Assembly: GCA_963793305.1 (NCBI GenBank)
Contig: CAWBZV010000010.1
Coordinates: forward strand, 128,001 to 192,000
Length of the DNA: 64,000 nt
Direction: 5' to 3'
From: an uncultured Gemmatimonadales bacterium
GTDB lineage: Bacteria > Gemmatimonadota > Gemmatimonadetes > Gemmatimonadales > Gemmatimonadaceae
Positions 40,063 to 48,630 of this stretch are shown here, one piece after another; the first letter of the stretch is position 1; every line of letters begins with the position of its first letter. The notes beneath the pieces are model-generated. The model had not been told where the DNA came from and searched no databases. It was given only the letters and a program-made list of their open reading frames with translations. The translations under genes were made by a program, and so were the position numbers.

Positions 40063-41259
40063 ATGACCCGACTCGGCTTCCGCACGCGGCTCTTCGTTAT
40101 TCTATCGCTGTTCGCGATCGTTCCGTCGGCCGTTCTGACCGTCTTATGGGGCGGCGCCCTGAGCACCGCGTTGCCATTATTGAGCGGCAGTGCTCCATGG
40201 AATCGCGTCGCCGCCACCGGCGAGCATGCCTTGGCGATGGTCAAAAATGCCCCGCTTACGCCTGAGCAGCGCGCGGCATTGGCGGCGCATGAACAAGAGC
40301 TGGCGGTCTCGGTGACCGAGGCACGCCGATACGAGTTCATCGCTGGTCGAGCCGCGGAAGCCGTCGCCGGCGTCAGCCTCATCGCGCTGCTCATCCTGGC
40401 GCTCGTCGCCTCGCGTGTAGCCGGGCACCTGAGCCGGCAGCTGAGCCGGCCGCTCGACGAGCTCGTTGGCTGGACCGATCGCATCGCGCGCGCGCTCCCG
40501 TTGCCCGATGCGCTGCCATTGCGGGGCGCGCCGGAATTCGCCGTGCTCCGGGAGCGCATGCGCAGTATGGCCGCGGATCTCGCGACCGGTCGCGCGCGCG
40601 CATTGGAGGCCGAGCGCTTGCGGGCCTTTCGTGAGACGGCCCGGCAAGTGGCGCACGAGCTCAAGAATCCGTTGACGCCCATCAGGCTCGCCGTGATGCG
40701 GCTACAGCGCGAGGCGCCGCCATCGCTCGCCGAGACGGTCGATGTGCTGGGCGTCGAGTCGGCGCGATTGGAGTCCATGGCGCGGAGCTTTGCGCAATTC
40801 GGACGGTTACCTGAAGGACCGGCGGCTGACGTCGACATTGCCGAGATGGTACGGTACGTGGCGCGCAGCACGGTCCCGGAAGAGGTGCCGCTGACCCTGG
40901 AGATCGATGACGGCCTGCCACTCGTGGCAGGGCACCACGACGCCCTCGCGCGAGCGCTGTCCAACGTGCTGCTCAATGCCGTCGACGCTTGCGGACCGAC
41001 GCACGGCGCCATTACGGTGACCGCGGAACGAGCCAATGGCGTGGTCGAGATCTGCGTGCGCGACACGGGCGTCGGTATCCCCGCCGATCGCCTGCCCCGC
41101 ATCTGGGAACCATACGAAACGCACAAGCCCGGCGGCACCGGGCTCGGGCTCGCGATCGCGCGCCAGACGGTGATCGCCCACCAGGGCACGATCGACGCAC
41201 AGAGCACCCCGGGCCAAGGAACCGAAATCCGGCTGACACTGCCGTGCCGACCGTCCTGA
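40063..41259 (+). CDS. NtrY-like HAMP histidine kinase
   Basis: Two TM helices, HAMP, ARQVAHELKNPLTPI and GTGLGLAI. Confidence 0.93.
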   Translation: MTRLGFRTRLFVILSLFAIVPSAVLTVLWGGALSTALPLLSGSAPWNRVAATGEHALAMVKNAPLTPEQRAALAAHEQELAVSVTEARRYEFIAGRAAEAVAGVSLIALLILALVASRVAGHLSRQLSRPLDELVGWTDRIARALPLPDALPLRGAPEFAVLRERMRSMAADLATGRARALEAERLRAFRETARQVAHELKNPLTPIRLAVMRLQREAPPSLAETVDVLGVESARLESMARSFAQFGRLPEGPAADVDIAEMVRYVARSTVPEEVPLTLEIDDGLPLVAGHHDALARALSNVLLNAVDACGPTHGAITVTAERANGVVEICVRDTGVGIPADRLPRIWEPYETHKPGGTGLGLAIARQTVIAHQGTIDAQSTPGQGTEIRLTLPCRPS

Positions 41260-42605
41260 TCGCGGACGACGAGGCGAACATCCGACGGATGGTCGGCGCC
41301 CTGCTGGCCGCCGAAGGTCATGATCTCCGCGAGGCGCCGGATGGCGCGGCGGCGATCGCGGCGGTCGCCGCGGGAGAGCCCGACGTCGTCCTCTTGGATC
41401 TCATGATGCCCGGGGCGGTCGATGGCCTCGCGGCGCTCGAGCGCATTCGCGCGATCGACGCCGAGCTCCCGGTCATCATGATGAGCGGCCGGGCCGGCCT
41501 GGCCGACGCCGTTCGCGCGACCAAACTCGGCGCGGTCAATTTTCTGGAAAAGCCATTGTCGCCCGAGGGGATTGTCCTCGCCGTCGCCTCGGCGATCGAG
41601 CTCCGTCACGCGCGGCGCGCGGCGCGTGCGCTGCGTGAAGAGCTTGGGCTGAGAGCACAGCTCGTCGGCACGAGCCAGCCGATGCAGCGCGTCCGCGAAC
41701 TGATCCAGCGCATCGCGCCGAGTGATGCCCGGGTGCTCATCACGGGCGAGTCGGGCACGGGGAAAGAGCTGGTGGCCGTGGCCATCCACCAGGCCAGCCC
41801 GCGGCGCGATCGCCCCTTTGTGCGAGTCAACTGCGCCGCGATCCCCCGCGATCTGGTCGAGAGCGAGATGTTCGGCCACGAGCGCGGCGCGTTCACCGGC
41901 GCGACCGAGCGGCGGATCGGGCGGTTCGAGCTTGCGCACACCGGGACGTTGCTCCTCGACGAAGTCGGCGACCTGGGAAGCGAGGCACAGGCCAAGCTCC
42001 TCCGTGCCATCGAAACGCGCGAGATCGAGCGCGTCGGCGGGGCCAAGCCGATCAAGACGGACGTCCGTATCCTGGCGGCGACGAACAAAGACCTCGCTCG
42101 CGCGGTCACCGAGGGAACGTTCCGCGAGGATCTGCTGTTTCGGTTGAACGTGATTCCGCTCGTCGTCCCGCCGCTCCGTGAGCATCCGGACGACATCCCG
42201 GCGCTCGTCGAGCACTTCGCCCGCAAGCGCTCGACGTGGAGCCCGGACGCGCTCGCGAGCCTCGAACGGTATGCGTGGCCCGGGAACGTACGGGAGCTGG
42301 CCAATATCGTCGAGCGACTGGCCATCCTGCACCCGGGCGAAGGCGTAACCGCGCCCCACGTGCGCGATGTCCTGAGAGTCGCGCTCCCCTCGGCCTCGGT
42401 GGCCATCGTCACCGACGGCGAGCTCCCGGCGACCCAGCTGGACTTCTCGCTCGCCGATACGCTCGATGCCTACGAACGGCTCCTCATTCACCGCGCGCTG
42501 ACCGCGGCCGAGGGCAACGTGACGGCCGCCGCGCGACGGTTACAGACCGATCGCCCGAATCTCTATCGCCGCATGCGGCGGCTCGGCATTCGCGACCCGG
42601 AATGA
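41244..42605 (+). CDS. Sigma54-dependent response regulator (NtrC/NtrX family)
   Basis: REC domain, GESGTGKE, GAFTGA, WPGNVREL and Fis HTH. Confidence 0.96.
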   Translation: MPTVLIADDEANIRRMVGALLAAEGHDLREAPDGAAAIAAVAAGEPDVVLLDLMMPGAVDGLAALERIRAIDAELPVIMMSGRAGLADAVRATKLGAVNFLEKPLSPEGIVLAVASAIELRHARRAARALREELGLRAQLVGTSQPMQRVRELIQRIAPSDARVLITGESGTGKELVAVAIHQASPRRDRPFVRVNCAAIPRDLVESEMFGHERGAFTGATERRIGRFELAHTGTLLLDEVGDLGSEAQAKLLRAIETREIERVGGAKPIKTDVRILAATNKDLARAVTEGTFREDLLFRLNVIPLVVPPLREHPDDIPALVEHFARKRSTWSPDALASLERYAWPGNVRELANIVERLAILHPGEGVTAPHVRDVLRVALPSASVAIVTDGELPATQLDFSLADTLDAYERLLIHRALTAAEGNVTAAARRLQTDRPNLYRRMRRLGIRDPE

Positions 42606-44302
42606 GAGCGCGTTGGCTTTTTGCCCTTGCTTGGGCCACGTCCCTCGGCGCCCAAGACTCGACCGGTCTGCCACGCGAGGTGATTGACGAAGCCGTGGCG
42701 CGATATAACGCGGCTGGCACCCTGCGAGCGGTCGGCCGGCTCGATGTCGCCAAGGACCAGGACATCAAGGGCGACGTCGCCGTCATCGATGGGCCCGTGT
42801 CGGTCGCGGGCCATATCGGTGGCCGGCTCACGGTCATCAATGCCGACCTGGAGTTGATCGCCGGCGCCACTATCGATAGTGGCATTCTGGTCGTGGGCGG
42901 CGCCATGAACGCACCCGGGGGTGATAGTGTGCACGTCGGCGGCGCCGTGGTCGTGCTGCCGCAGAAGATGCGCTATCGGCTGGCCAACGGGCGCATCGTG
43001 ACGGGGGTGGACGCGGACCCGCTGGCGAATTGGTGGGCGCGCTGGCTCCACCGGCGCGATCGCCCGAACTACACCGACATCACGCTGACCTCGGCCCACA
43101 CCTACAATCGCGTGGAGGGCCTCCCGATCTTCGTGGGCCCATCGATCCGACGCGAGCTCCCCTGGACCAACGGGAGCTTGTCGGTCGACGCGCTCGGCAT
43201 CGTGCGCACCGAGAACTTCGCCAACTGGAACAGGCAGACGTTCGGGTACCGGTTCGGGGCGGACGTGAAGGGAGGCGACGACCCACGACTCACGCTCGCG
43301 CTGCGCGCCTATGATGAGGTCTCGCCGGTCGAGAATTGGCAGTTGGGCGACGGCGAAGTCGGCCTTGCCTCGTTCTTCTTCCGCCGCGACTACCGGGACT
43401 ACTTCGAGCGGCAGGGCGGCTCGGGCGCGATGTCGCTCGTCAACGGGGCGCGCACGAGCCTCACGCTGTCGCTCGCCGACGAGCATTGGTACCCGCGGTC
43501 CGAGCGGAATCCGTTCGCGTTAATTCCGACCGACAACGGATGGCGGCCGAATCCGACGCTCGATGACGGCGATTTTCGTATCGTCGGACTCAACGCCCGC
43601 ATCGACACGAGAAACAGCGAGACCGACATCTGGTCGGGGTGGTACATCATTGCCAACCTCGAGTACGGGATTGGGCACGTGTCGAACTTCGGGCCGCGGA
43701 GTGCGCTCGAGTTCGCGTTGACGCCGACCACGCCGCCGCCGGGAGACGTCAATTACACGCGATTGTTCCTGGATCTCAGGCGATACAACCGGCTGGCGCC
43801 GAATGCGCAGTTCAACGTGCGCGCGGTCATCGGCGGCTGGCTGAGCGGCGATCCGCTGCCGCTCGAGCGCCGGTTGTCGGTCGGTGGGCCGGGCACGATC
43901 CCCGGATTCGATTTCCGCAGCGCGGGTGATAATGCGCCCGACGTGGCGAGTTGCTCGGCGCTCACCGCCGCGCCGGACGGCCGGCCGGCCGAGTGCGAGC
44001 GCATCGTGCTGGGACAGGCCGAGTATCGGACCGCGTTCCACTTTGGACTGCGGCTGTTCGGGCACCGCATCGAGAACGACGGTGCGTGGGTCATCTTCTC
44101 CGACGCCGGGCGGGGTTGGCTCGTGGGCCCGAGGCTCGGTCCGCTGCAGTATCCGGCCAGTACGTTCCCGAATCTGCGCACGTTCATGACCGACGTGGGA
44201 CTCGGGGGCATGATCGACCCCGTCGGCATTTACGTCGCCAAAGCCCTGTCTCGTCCCGAGGAGCGGCCGCATTTCGTCATCCGCGTCCGCCGTACGTTCT
44301 GA
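42602..44302 (+). CDS. Omp85/BamA-like outer membrane barrel with N-terminal beta-solenoid
   Basis: Signal peptide, GDV.V..G repeats, YNRVEGL, LSVGG.GT.PGFDF, C-terminal Phe. Confidence 0.75.
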   Translation: MRARWLFALAWATSLGAQDSTGLPREVIDEAVARYNAAGTLRAVGRLDVAKDQDIKGDVAVIDGPVSVAGHIGGRLTVINADLELIAGATIDSGILVVGGAMNAPGGDSVHVGGAVVVLPQKMRYRLANGRIVTGVDADPLANWWARWLHRRDRPNYTDITLTSAHTYNRVEGLPIFVGPSIRRELPWTNGSLSVDALGIVRTENFANWNRQTFGYRFGADVKGGDDPRLTLALRAYDEVSPVENWQLGDGEVGLASFFFRRDYRDYFERQGGSGAMSLVNGARTSLTLSLADEHWYPRSERNPFALIPTDNGWRPNPTLDDGDFRIVGLNARIDTRNSETDIWSGWYIIANLEYGIGHVSNFGPRSALEFALTPTTPPPGDVNYTRLFLDLRRYNRLAPNAQFNVRAVIGGWLSGDPLPLERRLSVGGPGTIPGFDFRSAGDNAPDVASCSALTAAPDGRPAECERIVLGQAEYRTAFHFGLRLFGHRIENDGAWVIFSDAGRGWLVGPRLGPLQYPASTFPNLRTFMTDVGLGGMIDPVGIYVAKALSRPEERPHFVIRVRRTF

Positions 44303-44964
44303 TCTCGCGGCGGCTCGTCACCCTCATCGCGCTCGGCGCGCTGTGGGCCGGCGGACTCGGCGCGCAGAGCAACCCGCGCGTCGAGATCGGCGTCCCGCAG
44401 GCGACTCCGCCTGATCCCCCCGGCGGGCCACAGGTCCGTGGCATTGACGTGCTCGCCAATGGGACCATTCGGGACCTCATGCGCAGTGGGTTTCCCGCCA
44501 GGCTCCACTATCACGTCGAGTTGTGGACCGCCAGCGGGGTCTTCAACAACGTCGAGAGTGAGCGCGACTGGGACGTCATCGCGCGCTACGACCCGCTCAC
44601 CAAGCACTTTCGCGCCGCGCGCATAGATCCCGAGAACACGCCGGAGCGCGTCCAGCTCCTCGGCGATTTCGACCGCGCCGCGGCACTCGATTCGACGCTG
44701 GCCGAGCCGTACGTCGTTCCGCTCATCCCGCACGAGTCCGGACGCCGGTACTACTACGTCGTCACGCTCGACGTCAACGTCGTCTCCCTGTCCGACCTCG
44801 ACGAGGTCGAGCGCTGGCTGCGCGGCGAGCTACGCCCCGCCGTCCGGGGCCAACGCAACCCCGGCGGCGTCGTCGGCCGCGGCATTCGCACGCTCTTCTT
44901 GCGGATTATCGGTGCGGAGAAACGGCACTACGTCTCGCGCACCAAAATCTTCCGATCCGGCTAG
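44299..44964 (+). CDS. Exported DUF4390-like protein
   Basis: Signal peptide from CTG 44299; L.SG.P....Y.VELW and RYDPLT..F pattern. Confidence 0.6.
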   Translation: MISRRLVTLIALGALWAGGLGAQSNPRVEIGVPQATPPDPPGGPQVRGIDVLANGTIRDLMRSGFPARLHYHVELWTASGVFNNVESERDWDVIARYDPLTKHFRAARIDPENTPERVQLLGDFDRAAALDSTLAEPYVVPLIPHESGRRYYYVVTLDVNVVSLSDLDEVERWLRGELRPAVRGQRNPGGVVGRGIRTLFLRIIGAEKRHYVSRTKIFRSG

Positions 44965-45545
44965 TGGACCTGGTGCTGATGCCGGTGCTCGAGCTCTTCG
45001 AGGTGGTGCAGCGTCTCGGCGCCGTAGAAGAGCTTGATGTACTTCGCCTGAGTCGGAGTCAACCGACGAACCGCCCAACTCAAGTGGACGAAGTGCGGCT
45101 CGACCGGGAGGGCAATCGGGTGCATCCCGATTTCCTCAGGCAGCCGGTTGGCCTTGCGGGTGTTGCAGGGCCCGCACGCCGTGACGACGTTCGTCCAATC
45201 GTTCGTGCCACCGCGAGACAGCGGGATGAGGTGGTCGCGCGTCAATGCCTCGCGAGGCTTGAGCTCGACCGCGGTGCGCCCGCAATACTGGCAGCGGTAG
45301 CGATCGCGCGCGAACAGGAAGGTGTTCGTCACCTGGCGCCGGAAGCGGCGGGGCACGTGGATGAACTTCGTGAGGCGGATGACAATCGGGCGTGGCAAAG
45401 CCATGCGCTCCGAGCGCACGACGCGCTCGAGGTCCGCCTCGACGATCTCGGCCTTCCCGTCGATGACGAGTCGGAGCGCACGTCGCATCGGAACCATGGT
45501 CAATGGTTCGAACGATGCATTCAGGGCAAGACACCCGACGATCAC
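44961..45545 (-). CDS. HNH endonuclease
   Basis: LNASFEPL, RD..RCQYCG and DH.IP.SRGG..WTNVVTAC..CN..K. Confidence 0.93.
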   Translation of the reverse strand: MIVGCLALNASFEPLTMVPMRRALRLVIDGKAEIVEADLERVVRSERMALPRPIVIRLTKFIHVPRRFRRQVTNTFLFARDRYRCQYCGRTAVELKPREALTRDHLIPLSRGGTNDWTNVVTACGPCNTRKANRLPEEIGMHPIALPVEPHFVHLSWAVRRLTPTQAKYIKLFYGAETLHHLEELEHRHQHQVH

Positions 45546-45586
45546 TTCCCTCCTCCCTCCTTCCTCCTACAAAAAACTCCCGTCAC

Positions 45587-46525
45587 TCAGGAAGCGACGG
45601 GAGCGGGTTCAGGCACGGGTTGCAACCACCCATGCTCGTCGGCTATCGCGCCTCGCGCTATGCCGAGATACCGCTCTTGTATCGCTCGCGTGACCGGTCC
45701 CCGGCGACCGATGCCGATCGGGATTCGGTCCACGGACTTGACCGGCGTAATCTCCGCCGCCGTCCCACTAAAAAATAACTCGTCGGCGACGTACAGCATT
45801 TCGCGCGGGATATCCCCCTCGCGCGTCTCATACCCCAAGTCGGACGCGATCTCGAGGACCGACGCCCGCGTAATGCCCGGCAGAATCGCCGACGCGAGGG
45901 ACGGCGTGTAGAGCACGTCATCACGCACGACGAACACATTCTCGCCGCTCCCTTCGGACACGCGGCCGAACGCGTCGAGCATGATGCCCTCGGCGTACCC
46001 GTTCCCCCGTGCTTCGAGCAGCGACAGCTGTGAGCTCAGGTAGTTGCCACCAGCCTTTGCCATAGTCGGGAACGTGTTCGGCGCGGCGCGCTGCCAGCTC
46101 GATACGCAGACATCGACGCCCCGCTCCATCCCTTCCTCACCGAGATACCGACCCCACACGGCCGGGATCACGAACGTCTCGATCGCGTCGGCGTCGGGGA
46201 AGATCCCCATGCGCTCTCCCGTCCGGATGACAAGCGGACGGAGATAGCATTCTTTGAGATCGTTCCCAGCCACGGTGTCAATGCACGCCTGCAGGAGATC
46301 GTCCATCGAATGCTTCATTGGCATCCGATAGATGCGAGCCGAGTCGTATAACCGCCGCAGATGGTCCTTCAGCCGAAAAATGGCGCCGCCAGCCGGTGTC
46401 TCGTAACACCGAATGCCCTCGAAAATGCTCGATCCATAGTGCACCACGTGATTCAGGACGTGGATCGTCGCATCACCCCAAGGGATGAGCTGGCCATCTC
46501 TCCAGATTTTCATGCTTTGCGGCAT
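45587..46525 (-). CDS. ilvE: Branched-chain amino acid aminotransferase
   Basis: HYGSSIFEGIRCY, AKAGGNY, EGSGEN, ILPGITR and GTAAEITP. Confidence 0.96.
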   Translation of the reverse strand: MPQSMKIWRDGQLIPWGDATIHVLNHVVHYGSSIFEGIRCYETPAGGAIFRLKDHLRRLYDSARIYRMPMKHSMDDLLQACIDTVAGNDLKECYLRPLVIRTGERMGIFPDADAIETFVIPAVWGRYLGEEGMERGVDVCVSSWQRAAPNTFPTMAKAGGNYLSSQLSLLEARGNGYAEGIMLDAFGRVSEGSGENVFVVRDDVLYTPSLASAILPGITRASVLEIASDLGYETREGDIPREMLYVADELFFSGTAAEITPVKSVDRIPIGIGRRGPVTRAIQERYLGIARGAIADEHGWLQPVPEPAPVAS

Positions 46526-46534
46526 ACTATCATT

Positions 46535-47887
46535 TTAACGCCCTTGCGCCTGATCGCGCCACGCTTCTAACGCTCTCCGCGACGCGCGCACGCGCTCCGT
46601 TACGGCACCGTCAAGAGTTCCGGCGACGAGACGACCGTCGCGCACCAATTCCCGTCCCGCCACGCACACAAATCGGGCCACCGCCCCCGGTAGCGCGAAC
46701 ACCAGCGCGGCCTCGGGATCGACCGATGGCGTCGCTCGCATGCCATCCAACGCGAACGCCGCCAGATCCGCGTCTTTCCCCGCCTCCAGCGACCCGATTC
46801 GTCCATCGAGTCCAAGCGCCTGCGCTCCGCCCATGGTCGCCAGACGGAGCGCCTCTCGCATACCGAGTGCATCCGGCCGGCCCACGGCGGCATTCTGCAT
46901 GAGCGCCGCCTGCCGCGCCTCCGCCAGCAGGTCCATCGCGTTGTTGCTGACCACCGAGTCCGACCCGAGCCCGACGACGACGCCGGCATCGAGCATCGCG
47001 CGCACCGGAGCGATCCCGTGACCGAGTTTCGCGTTCGACGCGGGACAATGCGCGACCGGACAGGGACTCTCGGCGATGAACGCGATATCCGTCTCGTCGA
47101 CCTGCACGCAATGGATCAGCAGCGGATGCGCCAGCACGACGCCGAGCTCCACCAGCCAGTGTACGGGCGAGTGCGATCGGCGGACCACATCAATGCCACG
47201 CGCACGGAGCGCCGCGGCGAACGGTCCGTCGCCCTCGCGCAGAAACGCGATCTCGGCCTTGCTCTCGGCGAGATGGATTGCGACCGGCATGCCATGACGG
47301 ATCGCCAGGGCCGCCGCGTCGACCATCAGGTCATCGTGCACCGTGTACGGCGCGTGCGGCGATACACCGAGGCCGACGAGATCGGTCGCCAACGGCCGGA
47401 GCCGATCGATCGCCTCCGCCAGTCCGGCCATCGCGGCATCATGCTGTTCGGGCGCCGGACCGAACACCTCCTGGTACATGATGCCACGCACGCCAAGCTC
47501 GCGCATCGCCAGCATCGAGACGCCTGACGAACACGTGTCGGCGTACGTCGTGATGCCGGCCAGCAGGCCTTCCGCGATGCCCAGCCGCGCGCTGTCGAGC
47601 ATGGCCGCCTCGTCGAGCACAGCCGCGCGAGCAGCGGTGAGCTGTCGGATCCATTGGACGAACTCGAGGCCTTCGAGGAAGCCTCGCATCGCCGTCAGTT
47701 CGAGATGGGTATGCGCGTTGACCAATCCCGGCATCAAGATCGCGTCACCGAGATCTAGATCTTGACCTCCGGGCGCTTCGCGCCTCGGCCCCACCCACGC
47801 GATCCTCTGGTCATCGACCACGACCGTGCCATTTTCGATCGGCAGCGCCGTGATTGGTACTACCCATCGGGCGTGATAGCGAATCAC
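46535..47887 (-). CDS. Metal-dependent amidohydrolase (MTA/SAH deaminase-like)
   Basis: PGLVNAHTH, SPHAPY, HLAES, HCPASNAKL and GSD. Confidence 0.92.
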   Translation of the reverse strand: MIRYHARWVVPITALPIENGTVVVDDQRIAWVGPRREAPGGQDLDLGDAILMPGLVNAHTHLELTAMRGFLEGLEFVQWIRQLTAARAAVLDEAAMLDSARLGIAEGLLAGITTYADTCSSGVSMLAMRELGVRGIMYQEVFGPAPEQHDAAMAGLAEAIDRLRPLATDLVGLGVSPHAPYTVHDDLMVDAAALAIRHGMPVAIHLAESKAEIAFLREGDGPFAAALRARGIDVVRRSHSPVHWLVELGVVLAHPLLIHCVQVDETDIAFIAESPCPVAHCPASNAKLGHGIAPVRAMLDAGVVVGLGSDSVVSNNAMDLLAEARQAALMQNAAVGRPDALGMREALRLATMGGAQALGLDGRIGSLEAGKDADLAAFALDGMRATPSVDPEAALVFALPGAVARFVCVAGRELVRDGRLVAGTLDGAVTERVRASRRALEAWRDQAQGR

Positions 47888-48630
47888 CGGCGGCCGTGGA
47901 CAGCGGGGTCGTACAGCGACTCGTCTGGAACACTGATCGATCGTGTCAGCGCCAATGAGAACGCGATGTCGCCGAGTTGCTCTGGCGCGTGCCCGTCGGA
48001 ACCCAGCGACAGTCGAGCACCCTCGGCGACGGCCCGGCGTACGAATCGCTCATGTGGCCTATAGCGATTGGAGACCTCGAACGCGATCCCTGCCTTTGCC
48101 AGCGCCCGAGTCGCACGAGTCTCTCGTTCTTCGGTCCACAGGTCTTCGAGTGGTAGCGAACGATAGGGCAAAGGCAGCAGCGTGGGGTGAGCCAAAATAT
48201 CGACGGGCATCTCCCGTGCGAATCGCTCCAGGACCGTCACGTGCTGATCCATGTACGCGTCAGGCGTGAGTCCATCGGGCAGATTCCGCTGCCACATATG
48301 GACGAACGTCCCGTCATCGAGCGTGATGGCGTGCAACGAGCCGATGCGATGCGTGAACTGGCTCGTGATGTCGTCCGGCAACTCCCGCCAGAGCGAGTCA
48401 TGCCAATCGAACTCGGCGCTGCGGCCAAGACCGTCGATGTCGGAGAGCGTGGTCAGATACAGTCGAAGCAGCTCCGGCGTGTCCAGCGTCCGCGCCGCGT
48501 GGGACGCGTGATCCGAGACACTCGGCCGCACGCCGCGCGTTCTGACGCGCTCGGCCAGCGCAGCCGGGATGAGATCACCATCGGAGAACGTCGTATGCGC
48601 GTGACAGTCGAACGGCTGCCAGGGTGTCAC
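47884..48630 (-). CDS. PHP-family phosphoesterase
   Basis: DCHAHTTFSDG, SDH, GSLH, AHP and GSDGH. Confidence 0.9.
   Translation of the reverse strand: MTPWQPFDCHAHTTFSDGDLIPAALAERVRTRGVRPSVSDHASHAARTLDTPELLRLYLTTLSDIDGLGRSAEFDWHDSLWRELPDDITSQFTHRIGSLHAITLDDGTFVHMWQRNLPDGLTPDAYMDQHVTVLERFAREMPVDILAHPTLLPLPYRSLPLEDLWTEERETRATRALAKAGIAFEVSNRYRPHERFVRRAVAEGARLSLGSDGHAPEQLGDIAFSLALTRSISVPDESLYDPAVHGRR

Noticed and set aside
39624..42491. 955-aa minus-strand ORF
   Set aside because: Antisense shadow of the kinase and regulator genes; only the last 140 aa (YjbQ) are real.
44961..45545. HNH gene as a defence or mobile system
   Set aside because: Short LNASFEPL-type HNH downstream of ilvE in core synteny, with no methyltransferase, repeat array or RNA partner.
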